From: Mobula hypostoma | Taxonomy: Eukaryota | NCBI RefSeq assembly: GCF_963921235.1 | Contig: NC_086100.1 | Span: forward strand, 48,546,001 to 48,610,000 | Reading direction: 5' to 3' | DNA: 64,000 nucleotides | Part shown: piece after piece, positions 38,402-49,162 of the stretch | Layout: each line of letters begins with the position of its first letter | Numbering within the stretch: the first letter of the stretch is position 1 | Position numbers and translations under genes: made by a program | Notes under the pieces: model-generated | What the model was told of the DNA's origin: nothing | Seen by the model: only the letters and a program-made list of their open reading frames with translations | The model's database searches: none

Positions 38402-40960
38402 CATAAGATATAGGAGTAGAATTAGGCCATTCAGCCCATCAATTCTGTTCCAACATTTTAACATGGCTGATTTATTTTCCTCCAACACACATAAGAATTG
38501 CTGGTGAACACAACAGGTCAGGCAGCATCTACAGGAAGAGGTACAATTGATGTTTCGGGCCGAGACCCTTCGTCAGGACTTATTTTCCTTCTCAATGCCA
38601 CTCTCTCCTGTCTTCTCGCCACAGCCTTTAATGCCTTACTATTCAAGAACCTATCAACCTCTGCTTTAAATACACCCAATGACTTGGCCTCCACAGTCAC
38701 CTGTGGCAACTAATTCCACTGATTCACCACCCTCTGGTTAACGAATTTTGTCCTCATCTCTGTTCTAAGGAAGCAGGGAGTATTCTTGTATGCTTTTATT
38801 CTGAGGTTGTGCCCTCTGGTCCTAGATTCTCCCATTTGTGGAAACATCTTCTCCATATGCACTCTATCTAGGCCTTTCAATACTCGGTCAGTTTCAAATA
38901 ATCCTTTCACTCCCAGGATCATTCTTGTGAACCTCCTCTGGAACCTCTCTAATGCCAGCGCATTTTTCCTTACATAAGGGGCCTAAAACTGCTCATAATA
39001 CTCCAAATGTGGTCTAATCAATGCCGTATAATGTCTCAGCATTACATCATTGCTTTTCTATCCTAGTCCTCTCGAAACAAACCCTAACATTTCATTTGCC
39101 TTTGATACTGACTCAACCTCGAAGTTAACATTGAGGGAATCTTGCACTTGGACTCCCAAGTCCCTTTGTACCTCTGATCTTTGAATTTTCTCCCTGTTTA
39201 GAAAATAGTCTACAGCTTTATTCCTCTATGAAAGTGTATGTCCATACATTTCCCTACATTTTTAATAATGGATTCATTATCAAGAATATCGTTTTGGGTA
39301 CTTGTAGCCATATGATAAAATAGGCCCAAGTCAGCATGGTTTCATTAAGGTGAAACCTTGCCTGACAAGTCTGTTGGAATTTGAGGATGTAGCAGGCAGG
39401 ATAGACCAAGGAGGGTCAGTGCATGTTGTTTGCTAGGATTTTCAGAAGGCTTTTGACAAGGTGTTGCACATGACACAAAATACGAATGAAGTTCTTCTAC
39501 CACTACTTTGTTCCTCCATTACCACATCTCCAGCACTATTTCCCAGTGACCTGATGTCCATTATTGCCTCTCTGTTACTATGCAGTTCAGATAGAATCGA
39601 ACCAAAAATCACAGTTAGCCAGATCTGTAGGCTTGCAACTCTGCCCAGAAATATTATATATTTCTAACATGATTTGAAAATATTTCACTTTGCCCACACA
39701 TTGCATGACTTAAGACTTTTTTATTCTGTAAGACAGCATTTCCATGTAATTCTACTAATCATCTACAGCATGCAGAGTGTATCCTACATGGTGACCTAAT
39801 AGGGTTTTTAGTTCTCTATTATAGAAAAATAGAGAAAAATAGAAAAATAGAGGGCTATAGGTAACCCTAGGTAATTTCTAAAGTAAGTACATGTTCGGCA
39901 TAGCATTGTGGGCCAAAGGGCCTGTATTGTGCTGTAGGTTTTCTATGTATCTATGTTTCTGTGTATCCATCTGAAAAAAACTTTAAGCATCCTCTTTTAT
40001 ATTATTTGCTAGCTTAGCTTCATATTTCATCATTCCTGTCATTGCTACTTTAGTTGCCTTCGGTTGGTTTTTAAAACCTTCCCAATGTTCTTGCTATCCA
40101 ATAATGTTTGTGATATTGTATGCACTCTCTTTTGCATTTTTGCTGTTTTTGATTTCCCTTGTTAGCCACGGTTCCCTTGTCCTCCCTTTAGAAAACTTCA
40201 TCATCTTTGGTATGAACCAATCCCGTGTCTTGCAAATTACTCCAAGAAACTCCAGCCATTGCTGCTATATTGTCTTCCTAATCAACCTTGGTCAGCTCCT
40301 CTCTCATGTCTTTGTCGTTCCCTTTACTCCACTGTACACTGATACATCCAGGTTTAGCTTCTCCCTCTCGAACTGTAAGGTGAATTCTATCATATAACTT
40401 TATTTGTTGATTGATGGATATACAGTGCAGAATAGCCTCTTCTGGTCCTTCAAGCCTTGCCGCGTGCAAGCCCTGATTTAATCCTAGCCTAATCATGGGA
40501 CAATTTACAATGACCAATTAACCAACCTGTTTACAATGACCAACCTGTATTTCTGTGTACTATACAAGAAAACCTGATCACTAATTTCTAAGGGCTTCTT
40601 CACCTTAAGCTTTTTAATCAAGTCTGGTTCATTACTCAGCACCCAATCCAGAATTGCCTTTAAGACCGCCAGCTGCTCTGAAAAGCTTTCTCATAGACAA
40701 TCTGCAAATTCCTTTCCTTGGAACCCGATTTTCTCAATCTACCTGCAATTTGAAATCCCTCATGCCCATCCTAACATTGCCCTTTTTTATCCCCCATTCT
40801 AATTTGTACCTCACATCCTGGCTACTGTTCAGAAGCTTGTGTATAATTTCCATCAGGGTCTTTTTATACCTGCAGTTTCTCAAAGCTACCCACAAGGATT
40901 CTACATCTTCCGATCCTATTTCCCTACTTTCTGTAAAATAGCAGATAAAATTTAATCTGG
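38402..40960 (-). mobile_element. CR1-clade LINE, fragmented and rearranged (plus-oriented RT piece at about 39270-39470)
   Basis: 3' tail cataagatataggagtagaattaggccattcagccc; LKGLDRVHMEKMFP..GESRTRGHNLRIK; SQHGF and DFQKAFDKV on the plus strand; endonuclease remnant IGSEDVESLWVALRN. Confidence 0.85.
38482..38579 (-). mobile_element. 98-bp PLE-terminus short element with hammerhead, 10-bp TSD
   Basis: TSD TTATTTTCCT at 38472-38481 and 38580-38589; minus strand GTC-CTGACGA-AGGGTCTCGGCCC-GAAA-CATC-AATTG. Confidence 0.88.
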
Positions 40961-41139
40961 ACAAGTGTGAGGAGTTGCAGTTTGGGAGGTCCAATATAAG
41001 AGGAATGTATGGGAATTGAAATTGGTTTATCATTGTCAAATGGACCGAGATACTGTGAAACACTTGTTTTGTATATTACTCGTACAGATCATATCATTAC
41101 ACAGCGCATTGGGGTAGAAAAAGTTAAACAATAGGCGGA

Positions 41140-41294
41140 TACAATAGGGTTTTTTAAGAGACTTTTGGATAGGTATATGGAGCTTAGAAAAATAGAGGGC
41201 TAAGCCTAGTAACTTCTAAGGTAGGGACATACTCGGCACAACTTTGCGGGCCGAAGGGCCTGTATTGTGCTGTAGGTTTTCTATGTTTCTATGT
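41140..41294 (+). mobile_element. Short 5'-truncated CR1 3' tail (sister copy at about 39805-39962)
   Basis: Both share agaaaaatagagggcta...gggcc(a/g)aagggcctgtattgtgctgtaggttttctatgt with a (ttctatgt)-like tail. Confidence 0.75.
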
Positions 41295-41769
41295 AAAATC
41301 CAGAATAAATGGTAACAGCTACAGAGAAAGCACAGCATAAGGCAGACAATGCGGATCAAGTTCATAACGAGGTATGCAGTAAATGGTATGACTGTTAGGG
41401 GGGATTGTGGAGTGCAAGACCACAGATGAGCTTAATTTTAATAGACATCTTTGTTGGCACAGATCTTCTGCGCCAAAGGGTCAGTACCTGTACTGTCCTG
41501 TTCCAAGTTCCTGATGTAAGCCCCTGTATGCAAACACAGACCGAATGCAAATCAATCAAAATGCGTCTGCCTGAGAACAACAGAGTGACAGAAGATTATC
41601 TCCCAAATGTTCCCTCTAGGAAATGGAAATAAAATAGAATTTTGGGATGGGTGCCTAGAGAATGATACGCAAATCTACTCCTTTGCCAACTTTTAACATT
41701 AAGCTTTAAAATGTAAACCACATGAAAATGTACAGCAAACCAGTGCTTTTTTATTCAAAATTTGAGATA

Positions 41770-42172
41770 CAGTGGATTCCATTTAACTGGGCCATCAGTT
41801 AATCGGGGCAACCACTTATTTGGAACAACTCTTCAAGAACAAAGACTAACTGACAAATTTGCCAGGATTTCCTTCATTTATTTGGGACACTAGACTGCTT
41901 AACTGGGGCAGGGTAATGTTGCTGAACAGATTCTAACTAGTGTTAGTCGTGTTCACTTGTGTTGCTGTCAGATGTTACACCATGCTTAGAGTGAATGGCA
42001 TCAGTTGCATGTGTTTGTGTTCTGTATTTCATTTAAGTAGATAATTTGTTACCAAGGCTGTATTTTTATACCTTTTTAACTATGTCCATGAAACTTTGGC
42101 TAATTGGGGCAGCCACTTAATTGAGCCAAAATATACTTGACCCAATGTGTCCCAGTTAACTGGAATCCATTG
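41770..42172. mobile_element. Tc1/mariner (Tigger-like) MITE, 403 bp
   Basis: TIRs CAGTGGATTCCATTTAACTGGG and CCCAGTTAACTGGAATCCATTG, flanked by TA on both sides; repeated subterminal TAAYTGGG-like motifs. Confidence 0.88.
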
Positions 42173-43110
42173 TATATGGTTGATATTATATGATACACCA
42201 TTTCTTAAGTTTGGAAAAAGCAGAATAACATGAACTTACAATAAAACAAGAGCAGGTTAAAAATATCCTGTTTTAAATTGTTGAGTGAACTATATCACCA
42301 ACTAACAGGATTAGAATCTGTTTCTTACTGATAGAATTTACTCAAAAAAACGCACTTGACATGTTTTTACATTGTAAAGTAACAATGTCCAACATAACAG
42401 GAAGAGAAAGGAAACATGATTTCATTTATCAAGATTGATTAAGATCATTGAATCATGCAGCATAAAAGAAATAGACTTAGTCCATTGTGCTCAGTGATAA
42501 TGTCAGGCCTGCACGTCGGAATCAGAATCAGGTTTATTGTCACCAGCATGTGTCATGAAATTTGTTAACTTAGCAACAGCAGTTCACTGCAATACATAAT
42601 ATAGAAGAAAAGAACAAATAAAGTAATAATAATATTAAATAAATAAGTAAATCTTATTTAGTACACTATATACAGTATACATATATTGAATAGACTAAAA
42701 TCGTGCAAAAACAGAAATACTATATATTAAAAGACAGTGAGGCAGTGTCCAAGGGTTCAATGTCCATTTAGGAATCGGATGGCAGAGGGGAAGAAGCTGT
42801 TCCTGAATCACTGAGTGTGTGCCTTCAGGTTTCTGTATCTCCTACCCGATGGTAACAATGAGAAAAGGACGTGCCCTGGGTGCTGGATGTCCTTAATAAT
42901 GGACGCTGCCGTTCTGAGACACTGCTCCTTGAAGATGTCCTGGGTACTTTGTAGCCTAGTACCCAAGATGGAGCCAACTAAATTTGCAACCATCTGCAGC
43001 TTCTTTCAGTCCTGTGCAGTATGCCCACCACCACCCCCCTCTCCATACCAGACAGTGATGCAGCCTGTCAGAATGCTCACCATGGTACATCTATAGAAGT
43101 TTTTGAGTGT

Positions 43111-45665
43111 AGGTGTCCCCCGCTTTTCGAACGTTCGCTTTACGAAAACTCACTGTTACAAAAGACCTACATTAGTACCCTGTTTTCGCTTTCAGAAGGT
43201 GTTTTCACTGTTACGAAGAAAGGCAGCACGCGATAAAAGACAGCGCGCACCCCGAGCAGCTGCTCTCCCCCGGATTCTCGCCGGCATTGCTTAAACACGT
43301 TGCATTGAGCAGCTGTTAGCAAGATGAGTTCTAAGGTGTCGGAAAAGCCTGAAAGAGCTTGTAAGGGTGTTACACTTAGCGTAAAACTAGACATAATTAA
43401 ACATTTCGATCGTGGTGAACGAAGCAAGGACAAAGTGAGTTTGGCTTGTGGAAGCTGACGAAGATGATGTTGAAGAGGTTTTGGCATCTCATGACCAAGA
43501 ACTGTCATAGTTATACTTCATTGATCCCGGGGGAAATTGGTTTTCGTTACAGTTGAACCATAAATAATAAATAGTAATAAAACCATAAATAATTAAATAG
43601 TAATATGTAAATTATGCCAGTAAATTATGAAATAAGTCCAGGACCAGCCTATTGGCTCAGGGTGTCTGACCCTCCAAGGGAGGAGTTGTAAAGTTTGATG
43701 GCCACAGGCAGGAATTACTTCCTATGACTCTCTGTGCTGCATCTCGGTGGAATGAGTTTCCGGCTGAATGTACTCCTGTGCCCGCCCAGTACATTATGTA
43801 GTGGATGGGAGACATTGTCCAAGATGGCATGCAACTTAGACAGCATCCTCTTTTCAGACACCACAGTGAGAGAGTCCAGTTCCATCCCCACAACATCACT
43901 GGCCTTACGAATGAGTTTGTTGATTCTGTTGGTGTCTGCTACCCTCAGCCTGCTGCCCCAGCACACAACAGCAAACATGATAGCACTGGCCACCACAGAC
44001 TCGTAGAACATCCTTAGCATCGTCTGGCAGATGTTAAAGGACCTCAGTCTCCTCAAGAAATAGAAACTGCTCTGATCCTTCTTGTAGATAGCCTCAGTGT
44101 TCTTTGACCAGTCCAGTTTATTGTCAATTCGTATCCCCAGGTATTTGTAATCCTCCACCATGTCCACACTGACCCCCTGGATGGAAACAGGGGTCGCTGG
44201 TACCTTAGCTCTCCTCAGGTCTACCACCAGCTCCTTAGTCTTTTTCACATTAAGCTGCAGATAATTCTGCCCACACCATGTGACAAAGTTTCCTTCCGTA
44301 GCCCTGTACTGAGCCTCATCTCCCTTGCTGATGCATCCAACTATGGCAGAGTCATCCAAAAATTTCTGAAGATGACAAGACTCTGTGCAGTAGTAGAAGT
44401 CCGAGGTGTAAATGGTGAAGAGAAAGGGAGACAAGACAGTCCCCTGTGGAGCCCAGGTGCTGCTGATCTCTCTGTCGGACACATAGTGTTGCAAGCACAC
44501 GTACTGTGGTCTGCCAGTCAAGTAATCAAGAATCCATGATACCAGGGAAGCACCCACCTGCATCGCTCTCAGCTTCTCCCCCAGCAGAGCAGGGCGGATG
44601 GTCTTGAACGCACTGGAGAAGTCAAAAAACATGACCCTCACAGTGCTCGCTGGCTTGTCCAGGTGGACGTAGACACGGTTCAGCAGGTAGACGATGGTAT
44701 CCTCAACTCCTAGTCGGTGCTGGTAGGTGAACTGGATGAAGAGCTGATGCAATTGGAAGAGGAACGGGTAACAATCAAAACCAAATGCAGTAGCGAAAGT
44801 GAAGCAATGGATGAGATGACACCCCTGTGTCCCACCATCCCAACCCGCGGGCCCCGGACAGATACTGTACCGATTCGCGGAGAGTGCAGCGGTAGCCGGG
44901 AGGCACACATCACATCTTTAAAAAAAAAGCCGAAATAAACATGCTAATTAATTAGGTGCCGCTGACATGTAATTGTCGGCCTAGATCAGAGGCAATACAA
45001 TCGGCAATCGGCATTGATCTGCGCCGACATTTACGTGCCGGGCAGCACCTAATTAATTAGCATGTTTATTTCGGCTTTTTTCTTAAAGATGGATTGTGTG
45101 CCTCCCCGGCTACCCCTGCGTGCTTCGCGGCAATGTATCGCTCGGCGGCCTGGAGGGTGGGGGCCACTGCACCACCCCAACCTGCGACGACTCAGTCTAA
45201 CACACCATCATCAGTGTGCTCTGCAAGCTGTTTTCCCCATTCCGGTAAGTGATACTAAACTGTACATACATTATTTCTACTTTATATAGGCTGTGTATTT
45301 TTACGTGTTATTTGGTATGATTTGGCAGCTTCATAGTTTAAAGGTTACTGGAGAGCGCGTTTATGCCAACAGCGCTTGCGTGAGATTTTCGCTACGGAGA
45401 TCTGTGCAGGCAATTGTTGTAGAGAAGTATTTCTACTTTATATAGGCTGTGTATTTATCTTATCATTCCTGCTTTTACTATATGTTACTGTTATTTTAGG
45501 TTTTATGTGTTATTTGGCATGATTTGGTAGGTTATTTTTGGGTCTGCGAACGCTCACAAAATTTTCCCATATAAATAAATGGTAATTGCTTCTTCGCTTT
45601 ATGACATTTCGGCTTACGAACCGTTTCATAGGAACGCTCTATCTTCGGATGGCGGGGGAAACCTG
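43111..45665 (+). mobile_element. Tigger/pogo-like DNA transposon, internally deleted
   Basis: TIRs AGGTGTCCCCCGC and GCGGGGGAAACCTG at a TA site; psq-type HTH start MSSKVSEKPERACKGVTLSVKLDIIKHFDRGERSKD (43323) joined to C-terminal EDDVEEVLASHDQEL | DEELMQLEEER. Confidence 0.85.
43505..44728 (-). mobile_element. Young 5'-truncated Rex1 LINE with an open RT C-terminal frame, nested in the Tigger-like element
   Basis: Uninterrupted frame 44728..43715: GVEDTIVYLL, VRVMFFDFSSAF, APQGTVLSPFLFTIYTSD, LQKFLDDSAIVG, LNVKKTKELVVD, YKYLG; GAACTG duplicated at 43499-43504 and 44729-44734. Confidence 0.92.
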
Positions 45666-46895
45666 TATTTGTTGACATACCAAATCTCTTCAAACTCCTA
45701 ATAAAGTATAGCTGCTGTCTTGCCTTCTTCATAACTGCATCGATATGTTGGGACCAGGTTAGATCCTCAGAGATCTTGACACCCAGGAACTTGAAACTGT
45801 CTCCATCCAGCTAACATGAGTCACCTGCCACCCATCTCCAGCTCATCATCCGCAGCCTATTTAAACCCAGCTCTCATCAATCATCGAAATAGCAAGCCTC
45901 AACCAGTTGCTCCTTGTCGTGTTATGTTAAGTATCTGTTCTCTCTTGCTTTGTGTCCTCTCACGGCTTCTTATTTTACAATTTATTATTAAAGTTATCAC
46001 TCACCAGTAAATCAGCTCCACTGCTCTGTGCTTGGGACGGGCATCCGAAACCTGTGAGTGAACCAGCAAAGTGTGCTCGTCTAAAGGAAATCGTCTGTCA
46101 ACATCAGCATATGATCTAGAAGCTGCAGGAAGCCATTGGCCATCTGCTCACCACTCTCTTTCAATTCTCTATCTTGATACAAAAGCCCTCCCTTTGAGCC
46201 CTGGATTTCGGGGCCCAAACGCTTCGACGGATTGTCAACTTGATGCCGCAACTCCTTGTCCCAGTGCGTCTTACATTTCGAGCTCCGGCTGCCTCTGTAT
46301 TCTACAGACCAAGCCAAGGTCACCTCCCCCTTTTCTCTTTTGACTGGGCAAGCGCTGACTTGGGATGCCGCTAACTGGGACAATAAAATCACCATTTGGA
46401 ATAAGTGTGAGGATTTCAACCCTCCAGGAAGTGGGAGGGAGGCAGCGAGTCGGGTACTTCACCTGCATCAAGGCTCACAGTTGATGCTGGATGACACCGT
46501 GGAATTCAACACCCTTCCAGTGGAGTGCGGTTGGAATGTGGAGGCAGCTGGCCCATTATCATCATGGCCTCTCAGAGTGCTTGAAAAACAAGCTATCTGC
46601 ATGGGAGATGCCCATTGAAAGCCTCCTCACTCTGGCTGTCCTGATTGACAAACATCTTATGGAACAGCCCTCCAGGTCATCAATCAGAATCCCAGTTCCG
46701 TTCCCAGAACCTGTTCAGGCTGCAGGATTCTCATCTGCAAACCCTAGCAGTTTAGGAAGATCTCCTTTTCCCCAGCAAGAGTACAAGCCTCAGTGGAGAA
46801 ACAGCTTGTGTGTTTACTGTAGAGTAACTGTTCACCCACGCATCGGGTGTCCTCTGCGGCCAGGGAAAAGGCACCACCAGGCAGAGATGAGGGGC

Positions 46896-47029
46896 AAACA
46901 ACAGGAATTCTGCAGATGCTGGAAATTCAAGCAACACACATCAAAGTTGCTGGTGAATGCAGCAGGCCAGGCAGCATCTATAGGAAGAGGCGCAGTCAAC
47001 GTTTCAGGCCGAGACCCTTCGTCAGGACT
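46896..47029 (-). mobile_element. 134-bp PLE-terminus short element with hammerhead, 12-bp TSD (1 mismatch)
   Basis: TSD GAGATGAGGGGC (46884-46895) vs GAGTTGAGGGGC (47030-47041); minus strand AGTC-CTGACGA-AGGGTCTCGGCCT-GAAA-CGTT-GACTG. Confidence 0.9.
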
Positions 47030-47835
47030 GAGTTGAGGGGCCTTCTTTCTGGTAAGCTATTCTAGCCGCTCATTCCAGCACAACAGCCCATCTCACTCTT
47101 TCTGTTCTCCTCCACACCCCAAGGCTAGACGCCAACAGGAGGCTCTGGTGAATACCGATGTAGCAGGCTTCTTCGACCGGACTCTATATGTGCAGCTTGG
47201 ACTCTCTACCATAGAGCATACCTTGTACACCTTCTGCATCATGGTCATTGACGGATGTCTCTTGAGGTTTGGGATGGTCAGAGCATATGTACAACCTGTG
47301 CATATGAGTCTCGGAGAGCACTGCCAGGAGTCCATCCAGTTCCTTCAGATCCAACAACCCAACACTCCTCTCATCTTGGATAACCCCTAATTCTCCACTC
47401 ATGAGCCTTTCTTAGCCTGATCATCCAGCTTACCAATGACCTGCCAGACCACCTGCCAGCAACTTCAGTTGAATTCATCTCGTAAATCTATGGAGACAGA
47501 GGAAGGCCAAGCTCTCACAGGAATACAATAACTTTAGCTGTTGCCTTCAGTACCAGTGAAGCCAGCACCCTGTTGCCTCAAAGACTGCATGACTCTGCGA
47601 TCAAACTCTTCTGGGGCACCACCTCTCTCCAAGGTTGTATGTTCTCCCTCTCCCCCTCCTGAGATCCGAGCCATGAACGACTACATCACTAAAGCGCTAC
47701 GGTATGGCTTCATTCAACCATCCTGGTCCCCAGCTTTTATTCTTCTTTGTCAAAAAGAAAGTTGGGGTCTTTGTCCCCACATCGACTACCATGGACTCAA
47801 CAAAATCTCATTAAGAACTGTTACCCTCTCTTCTT

Positions 47836-47988
47836 ACTAGCTCTTCTTTCAGTTAGTCCTGACGAAGGGTCTTGGCCCGAAACGTCGACTGTACCTCTTC
47901 CTAAAGATGCTGCCTGGCCTGCTGCATTCACCAGCAACTTTTATGTGTGTTGCTTGCAATTCCAGCATCTGCAGATTTCCTCGTGTTC
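47836..47988 (+). mobile_element. 153-bp PLE-terminus short element with hammerhead, 13-bp TSD (1 mismatch)
   Basis: TSD ACCCTCTCTTCTT (47823-47835) vs ACCCTGTCTTCTT (47989-48001); interrupts the Gypsy RT at KNCYPL. Confidence 0.9.
47855..47890 (+). ncRNA. Minimal type I hammerhead ribozyme motif (best-preserved copy)
   Basis: Stem I AGUC/GACU, CUGACGA box, stem II GGGUC-UU-GGCCC, GAAA box, vestigial stem III with palindromic ACGU, GUC triplet; predicted cleavage after C47886. Confidence 0.88.
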
Positions 47989-48251
47989 ACCCTGTCTTCT
48001 TGATGGATAATGCATTCGAAACACTCCACAGAACCCAGATCTTCATCAAACTGCATCTATGGAGCACGTACAACCTGATCCACATCTGCCAGGGAGATGA
48101 GTGGAAGTCAGTATTCATAGCCCCCTCTGGCCACTGCAAATACTTGGTGATGCCATTTGGCTTTCTAACAATCCATCTATTTTCCAAGCTTTCATCAACG
48201 AGATCCTCTGAGACATTCTACAGAAGAATGTGTTTGTCTACCTTGACAACA

Positions 48252-48524
48252 TTTTTATAAGGCGAACAAATTCTGTTTGTCGTATTCGGTGGCAAGAATT
48301 CATTGGGCTGAAGGGGCTGTTAACATGCTGTATCCCTAAATAAATAAAAATATTTGCTTATCAGTCTTAGCTGCTAGAGGAGGGGCATATTGTATTTGAA
48401 GGCAGGAGATCAGCCTTTTGCAGAGAAACCCACTGGAGTCCAGAAAGAATGGAATTCATGCTCTGTGCAAAGTGTTCTGCGAAGTTCAAATCTGCACTGG
48501 GAGGAACACTTGCAATGCTCCTGG
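48252..48524 (-). repeat. 273-bp inverted duplicate of 52420-52692
   Basis: Reverse-complement match; mirror positions sum to 100944 at both ends; 3 mismatches found by eye. Confidence 0.95.
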
Positions 48525-49162
48525 GAGGAGAAGATGGCAGCGCGACGCAGCTCGCAGCGGCCACTCCAGTGAATGATATCTGTTATTTGTCAAATAGGAT
48601 GCGGTGTACAATCCTGATTTGATGGAGACGGACGTGAGAGCACAGAGGAACATCTGGTGAAACTTCTGAAATGCCTGCTTCGCTGCTGCTGCTACTGTGT
48701 GGTCCGAAATATCCGGAGGGGAAGGCCCCGAGTCCTCGGCGTTGCTTGTTGCTCGGCGACCGGGGCAGGGTCAAAGCGCTCAGCAGAGATGGTGCTCGGT
48801 GCTCAGTGTCGGAGGGCTGGTCGGAGGCTCGAAGTTTCCAGACCAACTCAGAGTCGGCTGCAGTCGGGTGCTCCAATGCATCGGCAAATTTTCAATGCTT
48901 CCTTCTGCGTGAGATGATGTGGCTATCAGGACTTGAGACGTTTTTTTGCTGTGCCCATGGTCTGCTCTTTATCAAATTACAGTATTGCTTTGCACTGTTG
49001 TAACTATATGTTATAATTATGTGGTTTTGTCAGTTAGTCTTGGCTTGTCCTGTGTTTCTGTGATATCTTTCTGGAGGAACATTGTATCATTTTTTAATAC
49101 GTGCATTTCTAAATGACAATAAACGAGGACTGAGTGTCCTCATAATCTAATCTAATCTAATC
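48525..49162 (+). mobile_element. CpG-rich non-autonomous retroelement (SINE-like) with (TCTAA)n tail
   Basis: Starts GAGGAGAAGATGGCAGCG; ends AATAAAC-GAGGACTGAGTGTCCTC (stem-loop)-ATAATCTAATCTAATCTAATC; inserted in the Gypsy RT. Confidence 0.8.

Larger units (their letters stand above)
42519..45800 (-). mobile_element. Rex1/Babar-like LINE 3' end (42519-43110 plus 45666-45800) split by a Tigger-like element
   Basis: (gaatca)n tail; TAASIIKDIQHPGHVLFSLLPSGRRYRNLKAHT; MKKARQQLYFIRSLKRFGMSTNT is continuous across the insertion site. Confidence 0.85.

Noticed and set aside
43715-44908. 397-aa host protein-coding gene
   Set aside because: A 5'-truncated Rex1 RT with a spurious N-terminus from flanking transposon DNA; no endonuclease, and the catalytic motif reads FLDD.
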